Source: Candidatus Melainabacteria bacterium 17Bon1m
GTDB taxonomy: Bacteria; Cyanobacteriota; Vampirovibrionia; Obscuribacterales; Obscuribacteraceae
Length of the DNA stretch: 64,000 bases
Assembly: GCA_032128875.1 (NCBI GenBank)
Contig: JAVLKG010000001.1
Location: 64,001-128,000, forward strand
Reading direction: 5' to 3'
Part shown: positions 38,984-49,161 of the stretch, in pieces
How the letters are laid out: every line of letters begins with the position of its first letter
How positions within the stretch are numbered: the first letter of the stretch is position 1
The notes under the pieces: generated by a model
Database searches by the model: none
The model's input: the letters and a program-made list of their open reading frames with translations, nothing else
Told to the model about the DNA's origin: nothing
Translations under genes and position numbers: made by a program

Positions 38984-40306
38984 CTAAATTCTCTGCTCAG
39001 CAATCGAAAGATTATTTGGTCTGGTATAAACTGCTTGAACTGCTGATATGTTTCGCATTGCAAAAGCAGCGCTGCAGTATTTGAAGTAATAGTTCCATTT
39101 GCGGATGAAGCGCTCATCAAATCCGAGGGCTCTCACGTCATCCTGTTTTTTGTTGAAATTCTCGTGCCAAATGTCTAAAGTTTTGGCATAACTCAGTCCA
39201 ATATCTTCAAGCTCAAATAGATTTAGAGAACCGGTTCTATTCAATGCTTCCGTTACTCTGCCTATAGATGGAAGCAGCGAACCAGGAAAGATGTATTTCT
39301 GTATGAAGTCCACGTTGTCCCGCAAAATCTTGTATCGACTGTCCGGGCAGGTAATCATCTGTAGACCCACCAATCCATGGGGTTTTAGAAGTCGATTGAT
39401 AGACGCGAAATACGTTTCCATAAATTTGTCGCCCACAGCTTCGATCATTTCAACCGAAGCGATCTTGTCGAAGATGCCTTCCATGTATCTGTAGTCGCAA
39501 AACTGAATTTCGATTTGAGATGAAAGTCCGGACTCTTCGATTTTTTCTTTGGCGTAAGCGAACTGTTGCTCCGAAATTGTAATTGTCGTTACACGACAGC
39601 CGTATTTCTTGGCTGCGTGGATTGCCAGTGTTCCCCACCCGCTGCCGATTTCGAGAAGATGGTCTGATGGCGTCAATTTCAATTTCTGGCACATCGAATC
39701 AATCTTTTCCATTTGTGCTTCTTCAAGAGGCATATCCGACCGCGTGAATTTTGCGCTCGAATATGTCATCGTTGGGTCGAGGAAAAGTGCAAATAGCTCA
39801 TTGCTCAAGTCGTAGTGCGCGCTGATGTTTTTCCTGCTACCTGTAATACTGTTATCTCTTAACAGGTGCGTCGCGCGGTTGAGCCAGCCGAGCGAATTCA
39901 TAAACATCTTCTTGCCCGCAGAGCCTTCAAAAACTGTTGAATCTTCAAGGTTCAAAATGAACCATGAAATTACCGATTTGATATCCGGAGTGTCCCAGTC
40001 CCCGTCCATGTACGACTCGGCGAAACCGATGTGACTGTATAGAAGACACTTATCGAAGAAATCATGGTTGTGAATAAATATCTGGGCCGAGACGTGCTTG
40101 TCCTCTTGGCCGATGGTCACTCTTAAACCATCCGCGCATTTAATCTCCATTCGCCCGCGGCGCATTTCCTTCAACGCGGAGAGCACCAAATCACGGCTGA
40201 GTTTTTGTCTTCCCTTTGGTGGTGCAATAACAGGGCGCTCCAGCGCACATTCACGGACTTGCTCAGATGTCGCTTGTGACGATTGAGATTTCGTGGCAGA
40301 ACTCAT
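38984..40306 (-). CDS. Cyclopropane-fatty-acyl-phospholipid synthase family methyltransferase (UfaM-like)
   Basis: GFAESYMDGDW, NISAHYDLSNELF, MTYSSA, LEIGSGWG, EMIEAVG, FIQKYIFPG. Confidence 0.92.
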   Translation of the reverse strand: MSSATKSQSSQATSEQVRECALERPVIAPPKGRQKLSRDLVLSALKEMRRGRMEIKCADGLRVTIGQEDKHVSAQIFIHNHDFFDKCLLYSHIGFAESYMDGDWDTPDIKSVISWFILNLEDSTVFEGSAGKKMFMNSLGWLNRATHLLRDNSITGSRKNISAHYDLSNELFALFLDPTMTYSSAKFTRSDMPLEEAQMEKIDSMCQKLKLTPSDHLLEIGSGWGTLAIHAAKKYGCRVTTITISEQQFAYAKEKIEESGLSSQIEIQFCDYRYMEGIFDKIASVEMIEAVGDKFMETYFASINRLLKPHGLVGLQMITCPDSRYKILRDNVDFIQKYIFPGSLLPSIGRVTEALNRTGSLNLFELEDIGLSYAKTLDIWHENFNKKQDDVRALGFDERFIRKWNYYFKYCSAAFAMRNISAVQAVYTRPNNLSIAEQRI

Positions 40307-41235
40307 TGGACTGCTCCTTTGTATGTATGTGCGGTCAATTTTTCATTTGCATCGGCAGACTCGTTAGTTTTATCTTTCAGTGAGCGATGAGGATTGAGTA
40401 AAGCGGTCTGAGCAGCGACTTTCTCTTCTTTCATAAAGAATGGTACTTTCTTCATCCACAACAGCAACGCATGAAAGTGGATAAGTCCGATGACACCAAA
40501 TGTGATGAATGGATATCTTAAGGAGCATAAAAGAAGATTGGTGTCGCTTAGCTCTAGTCTGCTGCCCTTGAGGCTGCTGACCAATGTTGTCGCACCAATC
40601 ATTAAAGGGTTAGGACCCGTATTTGAATTTCCCTGAATTTGAGCTGAACCAAATTTTGTATTGATGTGAATTTCGATTTGTTCGTCAGGGCTGCTGCATA
40701 TGAATTCAAAGTAGTCGTCCACCTGGCTGAAGGGTGAGACATAGAATTCTTTTGGCGCGGTCAGCCTGAAGGTCGCCTTTCCTGTCTTATCATCTGATGC
40801 TCGCGGTAGAAGAAAGGGTTTGCGCTCCAAGAATGTGTTTCCGACTTCTGCCACCGCTAGCAGTGGCTCGCCCGATTTGTCGTATACGAAGTAAATCGAT
40901 ACGGGGTTAAAAACATATCCCAAGAATCTTAAGTTTGTGAGAAGCAAAACGCGTCCGAGCTCTTGAGCGAAGCCCTTTTCCAACAGGAAAGCAGCGAGCT
41001 TTTCTTTAGTCGCTACGGGCGTTACGGCAAAGTGGTCTTCGTCATTAAGCTGGTAAATTGCACGCCTGTTTATTTTCGCAAGTTTTAATCGCCGATTGAT
41101 TTCTTCTGCTTCGTCGAGATCGACCATGAACATGAAGAGGCCATATTCAAAACTATGCCTTTTCGGTAGCAGCCGCTGGTGGCTTACATTTACTCGGTAA
41201 ATACAAGAATTAAGCGTGCTTGCATCCGTCAACAT
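40303..41235 (-). CDS. DUF1365 family protein (UfaO-like)
   Basis: HQRLLPKRHSFEY, LRFLGYVFNPVSIY, AEVGNTF, KEFYVSPF, IHFHALLLWMK. Real start is probably ATG 41235, overlapping the upstream stop. Confidence 0.88.
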   Translation of the reverse strand: MLTDASTLNSCIYRVNVSHQRLLPKRHSFEYGLFMFMVDLDEAEEINRRLKLAKINRRAIYQLNDEDHFAVTPVATKEKLAAFLLEKGFAQELGRVLLLTNLRFLGYVFNPVSIYFVYDKSGEPLLAVAEVGNTFLERKPFLLPRASDDKTGKATFRLTAPKEFYVSPFSQVDDYFEFICSSPDEQIEIHINTKFGSAQIQGNSNTGPNPLMIGATTLVSSLKGSRLELSDTNLLLCSLRYPFITFGVIGLIHFHALLLWMKKVPFFMKEEKVAAQTALLNPHRSLKDKTNESADANEKLTAHTYKGAVQ

Positions 41236-42503
41236 ACCGGTGCTACCTCTCTTTTGAGCTGGCGGCATAGAGTGAGTGCAGATGTGAATGCATCTTCGTG
41301 AAAGCCGTATTTGAAGTAGCTGCCGCAGAATAAAAGCTGTTGACCTGGCTGATTGTTTAGTTCTTGCAGTCGGGCTTGTGCAGCAATCGAGTCGAGCGTA
41401 TAAGTAGGATGCTTGTACTTGATCTGTTTGATAATTTTGCTTGGGTCTATGATTGCATCTGAGTTCAATGAGACAAAATAATCGCGCTTCTGAGAAACAC
41501 CTTGCAGTCTGTTCATCCAATAGTGCGTTGTTGGTGGTGCATTGTCATCTACTGTTTTGCCGAATCGATAATTCCACGCCGCCCAACATCGCTTCGTTTT
41601 TGGCATAACTGATGTGTCTGAGTGTAGCGTTGCATCGTTGGTTTGATAGGAGAATTCCTTCAACAATTCAATTTCTAGTGCGGTAGGTCTGTCGATCAAT
41701 TCCAGAGATTCATCTGCATGAGAGGCTAGAATCACTTGATCGAAGAACTCTTTACCGTGCGGTGTTGTCACACATATTGAGCTGTTTGTTCGTTCGATTT
41801 GAAGGACCGGAGAGTTCAATCTGATGCGATCTGAGAATGGCGCAATCAGTTTTTTCACATACTCTCTCGACCCGTTTACCACCGTAAACCACTTAAGATG
41901 ACCATTCAGACCTGAGTTGAACCGGTGATTGTGAAAGAATCTCAGCAATGTGGAGACTGGAAACGATTTTGTCGCTGATGGCGGCATCGACCAGATTGCC
42001 GATGCCATCGGGACGAGGTACATGTCTAGCAAGACGTCGCCAAAGGTGCGGTAGCGGACGTATTCTGCTACTGTCAGAGCCTGGACGCTTTCGTTGCTAA
42101 CGTCTGCCTCTGCTTGTGTGTTAAACCGATTTAGATCGAGCATTAGTTTCCAAAAACGAGGAGAGACAAGATTTTTTCTCTGTCCAAAAACCTGATTGAT
42201 ACTAGAACCGCACCACTCGATGTTGTGCGCGTGACTTTGAACGCTTATCGACATGTCCGTAGGTTTTGTGTCTACATTTAGAGATTGGAACAATCTGGTC
42301 AGATTTGGATAGGTCTCATGGTTAAAGACCATGAAACCTGTGTCGATGGCGATAGTTTGTCCATCCTCATTGGCATCCACGGTGTTGGTATGTCCACCCA
42401 CGTAGGAATTCTTCTCGAAAATTGTCAGGTCATAATCCTTGTGCAGATTATGAGCGCAGCCGAGTCCGGCTATTCCAGTTCCTACAATGGCGAGACGCTT
42501 CAT
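41229..42503 (-). CDS. FAD-dependent oxidoreductase, amine oxidase-like (UfaD-like)
   Basis: AIVGTGIAG, GGHTNT, DTGFMVFN..TYPNL, WAAWNY, FCGSYF.YGFHEDA. Confidence 0.9.
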   Translation of the reverse strand: MKRLAIVGTGIAGLGCAHNLHKDYDLTIFEKNSYVGGHTNTVDANEDGQTIAIDTGFMVFNHETYPNLTRLFQSLNVDTKPTDMSISVQSHAHNIEWCGSSINQVFGQRKNLVSPRFWKLMLDLNRFNTQAEADVSNESVQALTVAEYVRYRTFGDVLLDMYLVPMASAIWSMPPSATKSFPVSTLLRFFHNHRFNSGLNGHLKWFTVVNGSREYVKKLIAPFSDRIRLNSPVLQIERTNSSICVTTPHGKEFFDQVILASHADESLELIDRPTALEIELLKEFSYQTNDATLHSDTSVMPKTKRCWAAWNYRFGKTVDDNAPPTTHYWMNRLQGVSQKRDYFVSLNSDAIIDPSKIIKQIKYKHPTYTLDSIAAQARLQELNNQPGQQLLFCGSYFKYGFHEDAFTSALTLCRQLKREVAPVC

Positions 42504-43597
42504 ACAGCAATCTCCTGCTTGTCCGATTCAAATTCAGATGGTGGTGAAATTTTGTGTGGAGGTTGTTGTGCCTCTCGAGGGTGTTTGTGGAGATCAGTTA
42601 CCAGCCCGACTGCCTCCATCATGCGTAAGGCGTAGTATGTGACATCGATTTCCCACCAGAAAATACCTTGTCTAGCCGCTCCCGGAAATCGATGATGGTT
42701 GTTATGCCACCCTTCACCAAGGGTGATCAACGCTAGGGCTAGATTGTTTTTGCTTTCGTCGTCAGTTGCAAATCGTCTACTGCCAAAAATATGCCCTACA
42801 GAGTTTATGCAGCATGTCCCGTGAAACAGAACTACAGTGCTGACGAAGAATCCCCAGACTAATAGCTGCGGACCTGATGTTTGTAGCTGCGGACAGAATA
42901 TTTTGAGCATGTCGCCGACGATAAGAAGTGTGAGTGCTAAGAGAAATGGAGGCACCCAATCAAATCGATTGACGAGGACCAGTTCTGGGTATTTGGCTAG
43001 ATCAGGAATTGCGCTGTAGTCTGTGGGGATGTTCGCACTGGATGTTATCCATCCTATGTGTGACCAGAGAAAACCTTTTTGCACGGGAGAGTGCACATCA
43101 TTTTCTTTGTCCGATTCTCTGTGGTGGGTGCGGTGGTGTGCCGCCCACCATAATGGTCCGCGTTGTCCCGAGGTGGCTCCCCATACGGCGAAAACAAATT
43201 GCATAAATCGAGAAGTCGAGAATGAACGATGCGAGAAATAACGATGGTAAAAGCCGGTTATAGCAAACATCCGCAGCCAATAAAGACTGATTGCGACAAA
43301 CAAAGTGAAAATGCTCGGTTTGACCCAGAATGCCGCAAGACATGCAGCATGTAGTGCGATAAAAGGAATGCAGCGAGACGGCTCCACTGTTTTAGCTCTT
43401 GCACGAACAACTTCTGCGCCTTCTGCAAAGTAATCTGAGTCAAGGGATCGAATCAGGTTCGACAGAGAATTTCGCGCACGCGACAGCAAGTCGCTTCTTC
43501 CACAACTCACCGGCTTGATCTCCTGGGTATGAACTTCCACCATTAGCGTAGTTTCCAACCGTGAACGAGCTGTGAACCGGCTGACCTCGCGGTTCAA
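42500..43597 (-). CDS. Membrane acyl-CoA (delta-9 type) fatty acid desaturase
   Basis: His boxes YHRYFSH, HHRTHH, WHNNHH, plus WWEID. An alternative start is ATG 43543. Confidence 0.92.
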   Translation of the reverse strand: MNREVSRFTARSRLETTLMVEVHTQEIKPVSCGRSDLLSRARNSLSNLIRSLDSDYFAEGAEVVRARAKTVEPSRCIPFIALHAACLAAFWVKPSIFTLFVAISLYWLRMFAITGFYHRYFSHRSFSTSRFMQFVFAVWGATSGQRGPLWWAAHHRTHHRESDKENDVHSPVQKGFLWSHIGWITSSANIPTDYSAIPDLAKYPELVLVNRFDWVPPFLLALTLLIVGDMLKIFCPQLQTSGPQLLVWGFFVSTVVLFHGTCCINSVGHIFGSRRFATDDESKNNLALALITLGEGWHNNHHRFPGAARQGIFWWEIDVTYYALRMMEAVGLVTDLHKHPREAQQPPHKISPPSEFESDKQEIAV

Positions 43598-43600
43598 AAT

Positions 43601-44548
43601 CTAAACAAGGGCTGTATTCAATGCTTGGGCCGGGGCCCAGAAGTTGCGAATTTTTTCGATCGCAAGTTCTTTTCCGCGTGCTTCTACTTCAATCCACCCG
43701 ACATCGGCAAAACAATCGGGCATTACATCGATGAAATCGCTGTGTCTGCGGTCGTGAAGCCCGGTTGTGCCGTTCGAAATATGGACTAGCTGCCAGTCTT
43801 CATTTGGGTGCCAGGTGCTTCGCGCTGCTTCCATTGCTTTTCTAATTCCTGGATCCGTGTAATCGAGGCATTTTTCCATGATCAGATGGTGATGAGCGTC
43901 AAAAATCATGCTCAGGCCAGTCTCGCAACAGATTGAAAGAATTGTGTTAGACGAATATGAAATTTCGTCGTTCTCCAGGGTCAGGCGGCTGCGAATAGTC
44001 TCGGGAAGCTCATTGATAGTGCGTTTTAGAATTTTCTCGTTGCCCCTTTTGCCGCCATGAATAATGATGGCGTTGTAAGCGCTTCTGGAAAGCCCCATCA
44101 TGTCGAAAATATCGGCATGCATCTGCAGCACCGTAATGCTATTGTCAATGACTTTCTGCGAGTCCGAGCTGAGCACGACAAACTGGTCTGGGTGCGCAAC
44201 GATACGTACGCCAAGACTTTCGGCGGTGCTGCCGATTTTTGAGAGTTGTTTTGCAAATGTCCGAAGTATTGTCAGTCCTTCAGGTGTGTCTGCGAAAGGG
44301 AAGATAGATGAAGGCATGCGATATAGCTTGATCTTGCGCTCTTGGCAGAAATGCAGTGCCTTCTCGAGCATCTGTAAGTTATCCGAGTAAATACTCGAAA
44401 TTACACGCGCTCGCTCCTCTTCACCTAAGGACAAATAGCGCGTTCTGGTTACGGTTCGATATCGAATCTCCTCACCGAACGAGATGCAGACCAGACCTAA
44501 TTCTGGGCGGCCTAATGGTTTTTCACCTTTTTGCACCTTTCTTGGCAT
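43601..44548 (-). CDS. uvsE: UV DNA damage endonuclease
   Basis: LGLVC, LYRMPSSIFP, HPDQFVVLSS, IIIHGG, RLTLENDE, FDAHH, HISNG, HSDFI, EVEARGKE. Confidence 0.9.
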   Translation of the reverse strand: MPRKVQKGEKPLGRPELGLVCISFGEEIRYRTVTRTRYLSLGEEERARVISSIYSDNLQMLEKALHFCQERKIKLYRMPSSIFPFADTPEGLTILRTFAKQLSKIGSTAESLGVRIVAHPDQFVVLSSDSQKVIDNSITVLQMHADIFDMMGLSRSAYNAIIIHGGKRGNEKILKRTINELPETIRSRLTLENDEISYSSNTILSICCETGLSMIFDAHHHLIMEKCLDYTDPGIRKAMEAARSTWHPNEDWQLVHISNGTTGLHDRRHSDFIDVMPDCFADVGWIEVEARGKELAIEKIRNFWAPAQALNTALV

Positions 44549-44650
44549 ACACGTACCATGTCACTTGTTTGAGCTTGACAAAAACAAGTGAACGTCAGGT
44601 GAACAGGCAGTGATAACATTGTGACCGCTTGGATCCTGAGAGGTCTTCTC

Positions 44651-45007
44651 ATGAAAGAAAAAATCACTGTCTACGAAAAACCGACCTGCAGTAAGTGCCG
44701 CGAGGTGGACAAAATATTGCGGGAAGCGGGAGCCGACTACGAGAAAATCAACTATTACGTTCAGCCGCTTTCTCAGACCAAACTGACTGAATTGCTCAAA
44801 AAGATGGGCATTCCAGCGCGCGACCTTTTGCGCACCAGCGAAGCAACATACAAGGAGTTAGGTCTCGCAAAGGCTGAATTAAGCGATAAAGAGATAGTCG
44901 CTTTGATGGTGAAACACCCCGAGCTCATTCAGCGACCAATTGTCGAACGGGGCGATAAGGCGGTTCTGGGGCGACCGGTGGAAAACATTCGCCCTCTGTT
45001 GAAATAG
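44651..45007 (+). CDS. ArsC/Spx family reductase
   Basis: ITVYEKPTCSKCR, HPELIQRPIV, AVLGRP. ATG 44651 follows GAGG. Confidence 0.88.
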   Translation: MKEKITVYEKPTCSKCREVDKILREAGADYEKINYYVQPLSQTKLTELLKKMGIPARDLLRTSEATYKELGLAKAELSDKEIVALMVKHPELIQRPIVERGDKAVLGRPVENIRPLLK

Positions 45008-45036
45008 TAGTTTGGATAAGATGCCGCGCCTATTGT

Positions 45037-45843
45037 CTAGTTGGTTGGCGTGACGATGCCTGCTTTGGCTTCCAGGTCTTGCTCTAGTTTGAATAGATTG
45101 AGTTGGGTTTCGAACGCTGACGGTGTCACGCGCACATCACCGTTGAACGGATCGTCGTATGATGCCAGCAAGAAGAGGTTTAAGCAAATCACCAGACTGA
45201 CCATAGAAACCATGATTATTTGAATTTTCAAGTTTTCTGCGGCGAAGAAATAAGTGAAGAGAATGGTTGCTGCTCCACCCAGGAAAAGCACTGCCCATAG
45301 TACTTTCGGCAGACCAGCGTGGAGTGCCTCGATGCGCATTCTGCGACTGTTGCCGAGACTTTCCATCGCGTCCAAAAGCGCAGTCTGAGTATTACTCTGT
45401 CTTTGAGTTGTTGGTTCGTATGTGGTACAGACGTTCCATAATTGTCTGTAGATGACCCACGCTTTCGGGCTATCTTTATGCAGCGCGAGCATAGCCCACT
45501 CGTCGTTAACTACTTCGTATGCGTACTTGTAGCAAAGATCGCGCAATCGATCGTGGTTTGCTTTTGGCAAGCCTTCGGCAAGGCGAAATACGTTAGCCAG
45601 AGAGGAGGCTTCTTGTTGTACGGTTTCTCTGGCTTCGCCGAAGCGCTGCATTGAATCTGCCACCATAAAACCGAGTAGCACAGCGAAGAGCATCGCGACA
45701 AACTGAGAATACGGGTCGGTGATATCGTGCTGTCCTTTAAGCTCAGGATGGTATTTATCGAGCCATCTTCTTGCGACGAGCAATCCGAGGACTGAAAATA
45801 TAACTACACCAAGTGTGATAAGCAGTCCTTGTACCAAAGTCAA
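45037..45843 (-). CDS. DUF4239 / bestrophin-like membrane protein
   Basis: LFAVLLGFMV, QEASSL, YEVVNDEW, RRMR, DDPFNGDVRV. Confidence 0.75.
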   Translation of the reverse strand: MTLVQGLLITLGVVIFSVLGLLVARRWLDKYHPELKGQHDITDPYSQFVAMLFAVLLGFMVADSMQRFGEARETVQQEASSLANVFRLAEGLPKANHDRLRDLCYKYAYEVVNDEWAMLALHKDSPKAWVIYRQLWNVCTTYEPTTQRQSNTQTALLDAMESLGNSRRMRIEALHAGLPKVLWAVLFLGGAATILFTYFFAAENLKIQIIMVSMVSLVICLNLFLLASYDDPFNGDVRVTPSAFETQLNLFKLEQDLEAKAGIVTPTN

Positions 45844-45946
45844 GCTCCTATATTCTCCATTTCGAAATTACGCTAACACGCAGCGCGGAAGCACTTCAAT
45901 AGCAGTCCATTATCGCAAGGTTGTCGAAAGCTTGTGTGAGAGTTTA

Positions 45947-47119
45947 CTACTCTGTTTTGCTTTGACCCGGCTCGCTGGATACTAAAATCTCCAGGGTCAG
46001 CTTGGCGCCTTTTCCTTGTTGAGAATCAAACCAAACTCTGGCTGGATAGATGCACGCGATCAATTCGGAGCGCTCACGAATGATACTGGAGCCGCTGCCG
46101 CCTGCGCGCGTGCGCGGCGCTGGTTTTTCCGTGTCATACCCGACGCCGTTGTCGGCGATGGTCATGGTAAAGACCTTTTGGATAAGCTCAATGGACAGCG
46201 TCACTTCAGATGCTGACGCGTGTTTGGCTATGTTGTTAAAACATTCCTGCGCGATCCGATAGATGTGGAGTGAAACCTCCTGCGGAAAGTCGGGAAGCAC
46301 CGGCGGGCATACAAAATTAGTCCTGCAGCCTACTCTGGTGGAAAGGCTACTGCAAAGCTCTTCGATCATCGGGCGTAAGCCGCAGTCTTTCAGATCTCGC
46401 GGCGACAACTCCTGGCATACATCGCGCAATCTCTTGGCAATCTCGTCGAGCACTGAAACTGCTTCCTCTGTTGACAATGGTTTGCCGCCAGAAACAGATC
46501 TTCTAAGCAGCATTACATTGCCAAGAACTACATCATGCAGATCGCGGGCAAGATTATTTTGAATCGCTTCTTGCTGGTCGACGATTTTTTGTACAAGCGC
46601 ATGCTTTTCTGCAACCAGCGATCTGACTGTTCCGGCAAAGCTTTGCCCTCCTGCAATCAACCGCATCGGTTCGGGCATGTCATCGAAGTCATGTCGAGTG
46701 CGCCCGACGACGTCTTTGAATAATCCGCGCATCAGCGCATTCATTTCGTCGCCTGTGACGATCACGTCGTTTACCATCCAGGCGCCGGAGCCGCCATCAT
46801 GTACTCGCAGCGTGAGCTTTGCGCGCGATGGCAATTCGCTGCTCGGCAAATTCATCAATTCCGTTGCCGGCAAAATAAAAGCTTCAACAAGTCCCGCGCG
46901 ACCGCGCATACTGAGCGCCCATTGCGATGTTGCCACCACTAAGCGTTTGGGTGCGTTTTCCACACCGTCTGCAACGATAACACGCTGCGTCGTCATCTTG
47001 AGCAACTCGTCGTGCACTGTCGAGTTGTAGCGTTTGCCCAGAAGCGTGAAAAACTCTTGCAGAGAATTCAGCAGAACTTCTGAGGCTTCTTCGCGTTGTT
47101 TGTTTTCCAACTTGCTCAT
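45947..47119 (-). CDS. Soluble HisKA_3-type sensor histidine kinase
   Basis: LARDLHDVV, YRIAQECFNNIAKHA, DNGVG. No TM and an unrecognised N-terminal domain. Confidence 0.85.
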   Translation of the reverse strand: MSKLENKQREEASEVLLNSLQEFFTLLGKRYNSTVHDELLKMTTQRVIVADGVENAPKRLVVATSQWALSMRGRAGLVEAFILPATELMNLPSSELPSRAKLTLRVHDGGSGAWMVNDVIVTGDEMNALMRGLFKDVVGRTRHDFDDMPEPMRLIAGGQSFAGTVRSLVAEKHALVQKIVDQQEAIQNNLARDLHDVVLGNVMLLRRSVSGGKPLSTEEAVSVLDEIAKRLRDVCQELSPRDLKDCGLRPMIEELCSSLSTRVGCRTNFVCPPVLPDFPQEVSLHIYRIAQECFNNIAKHASASEVTLSIELIQKVFTMTIADNGVGYDTEKPAPRTRAGGSGSSIIRERSELIACIYPARVWFDSQQGKGAKLTLEILVSSEPGQSKTE

Positions 47120-47754
47120 GGTGCAGGATCCAGTTTGCCATACCCATTGTCTACAGCCCAGGCGATGAGCGCCTCCCTGCTTTCGACACCTAACTTGTCC
47201 AAGAGCGCATCAACTTGTTTGCGCACTGTTTCGGGTGATGTAAATCGCTTTTCGCCAATCTCTTGATACTTCATTCCGCGCGCCAATAGTGTGAGCAAGT
47301 GCTGTTCTGCACCGGTGACTTTGGGATGTTGAGTTTTGTCGAGTTCGGCAGAAATGACAGGTACATTGCCGGTCGCCACCTGCCTTATCGCGTCGGCGAC
47401 TTTAGCGATGGGCTCTGACTTTAAAAGATATCCGGATACGCCTGTTTGCAAAACGATCTGCAAAATTGCGGCGCGTGCATCACCGGAGAAAACAATTACG
47501 CGCGTGTCTTGTAGCGCGCAAAATGACTCGGTGAGCGACTTCGGACCTTCCGAGTCGGGCAAATGCAGATCGAGCAAGACTATATTGGGATGCAGATTTT
47601 TCGCGAGGTTCAATCCTTCTTCGCTGGTGGTGGCGATTCCAGCGACTTCAAAATCGGCTTCAGCAGAGAGTTCGCTGCGCAATCCTTTGAGCGTTGCTTC
47701 GTGATCTTCAACGAGCAGGATTTTGATTTTTGATTTGGTCTGCTTTTTTGTCAT
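47116..47754 (-). CDS. NarL/LuxR-family response regulator
   Basis: ILLVEDH, LLDLHLP, GYLLK, HTH LARGMKYQEIG...TVRKQV...KLGV. Confidence 0.92.
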   Translation of the reverse strand: MTKKQTKSKIKILLVEDHEATLKGLRSELSAEADFEVAGIATTSEEGLNLAKNLHPNIVLLDLHLPDSEGPKSLTESFCALQDTRVIVFSGDARAAILQIVLQTGVSGYLLKSEPIAKVADAIRQVATGNVPVISAELDKTQHPKVTGAEQHLLTLLARGMKYQEIGEKRFTSPETVRKQVDALLDKLGVESREALIAWAVDNGYGKLDPAP

Positions 47755-47869
47755 TGATCTTGTGAGACAAAGGTCTTGAGCGAACCTGCGTTATCCTGCA
47801 CGTTGCAAACTTCGGCGATCTCTCAAACGAGTTAACCGCTTATCAGTTTACGGTATTCCGGCAATAAGT

Positions 47870-48652
47870 CTACTTCGAGTCCGCTGTAGTCGGCACTTGT
47901 GCTTCGACTTCCTTGTATTCGACCGCGATAATGGTGACGTTGTCCGGCGCGTTTCTATCCAAAACCATCTTCAGCAGTTCGTCGCACGCTTCCTGAGGAA
48001 CCGTGTGATTGGCGACTGTCGGACCAAGCTCATCGGGCTTCACAACTTCGGAGAGTCCATCGGTGCAAAGGATGATCCAGTCTTTGTCTTGCAACTGCTT
48101 CGTCGAATAATCGACCTCGACATTCTCCTCGTGACCGAGGCATCTCGTGATCAAATTTCTGTACGGATTCACAGCGCATTGATCAAGCGTCAGCTGTCCG
48201 CGCAAGTGCATCTCCATAACCACCGAATGGTCGATGGTCAGAACATCAGCCTTGCCCTCGCGTACCAAAGTTGTTCTCGAATCGCCGGCGTGGGCGATGT
48301 GCAATAAGCCTTCCTCGCCAAATACCGCCATCACAATGGTCGTTCCCATCGTCTTTTTGTCGTCGCTAGCGTCGGCAGCTTGTTTTACTGATGTGTTCGC
48401 CTCTGCGACGGCACGCCGCATCCAGGCTTCAACCGCTTGCGGGTCGGATAAATTGGGTTTTTCGGAGAGCCAGAGTGTCTCGACTGTTTCCACCGCCAAC
48501 CGGCTGGCGAGTGCCCCACCGGTTTCGCCGCCGACGCCGTCGCAAACGACCAGGCAGCGTTCATCTTCGCTTATATAAAAATTGTCCTGGTTGTCTTTGC
48601 GCTTCAGTCCCACATCGGTAACGCCTGCGCTCTTCCAGGTCAAATTGACCAT
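47870..48652 (-). CDS. PP2C-family Ser/Thr protein phosphatase
   Basis: TDVGLKR.DNQD, VCDGVGG, MGTT, HAGDSR, DHS, LCTDGL, DNVT. Confidence 0.93.
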   Translation of the reverse strand: MVNLTWKSAGVTDVGLKRKDNQDNFYISEDERCLVVCDGVGGETGGALASRLAVETVETLWLSEKPNLSDPQAVEAWMRRAVAEANTSVKQAADASDDKKTMGTTIVMAVFGEEGLLHIAHAGDSRTTLVREGKADVLTIDHSVVMEMHLRGQLTLDQCAVNPYRNLITRCLGHEENVEVDYSTKQLQDKDWIILCTDGLSEVVKPDELGPTVANHTVPQEACDELLKMVLDRNAPDNVTIIAVEYKEVEAQVPTTADSK

Positions 48653-49161
48653 AAAATCCTCTCTTGTCCCTTAATCGCCACAGCGGTTGTCATTCCGCTT
48701 TCTCGCCTTCCTATCATTCTATTGCCCAGCCCTCACATCCGTGTATTCCCGAAAACGGGTATTTCGTAGAAGCTAACTCTGTTTGGGTTTTCGGGTTTTC
48801 CAATGTCCGGAGCCCGATAAAATTTCCGGTCGGCAGGGCTTTGCCCACGTAAACAGTCTTGAATCCATGCAATGGGACGACCGGTGTGGCTTTGAAAGGT
48901 TCCAACCCCATTAATTGCCGTGGGACATTAACTAAATCGCCCGCCAGTTTTGACATTCGGGCGTTTTCGTGGCATACTGAGGTTAATCTTGGCAGGTGAG
49001 GTCTCCAGCGGCTCATAAATGTCATGACGGTAAATTAGCCCAGCGGGCTACGACGAACTCAAATTTAGAAGTTCATTCCTCAGCGCAATCGGCGCGGCTA
49101 TTGGAAACAGCTGGCAGTCAGCCACTGAAACAAGAAGTTTGAAGACAAAGGAAAACTGACA

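Noticed and set aside
41236-41520. 95-aa N-terminal extension of the DUF1365 ORF
   Set aside because: It overlaps the FAD oxidoreductase. ATG 41235 at the stop/start junction is the better start.
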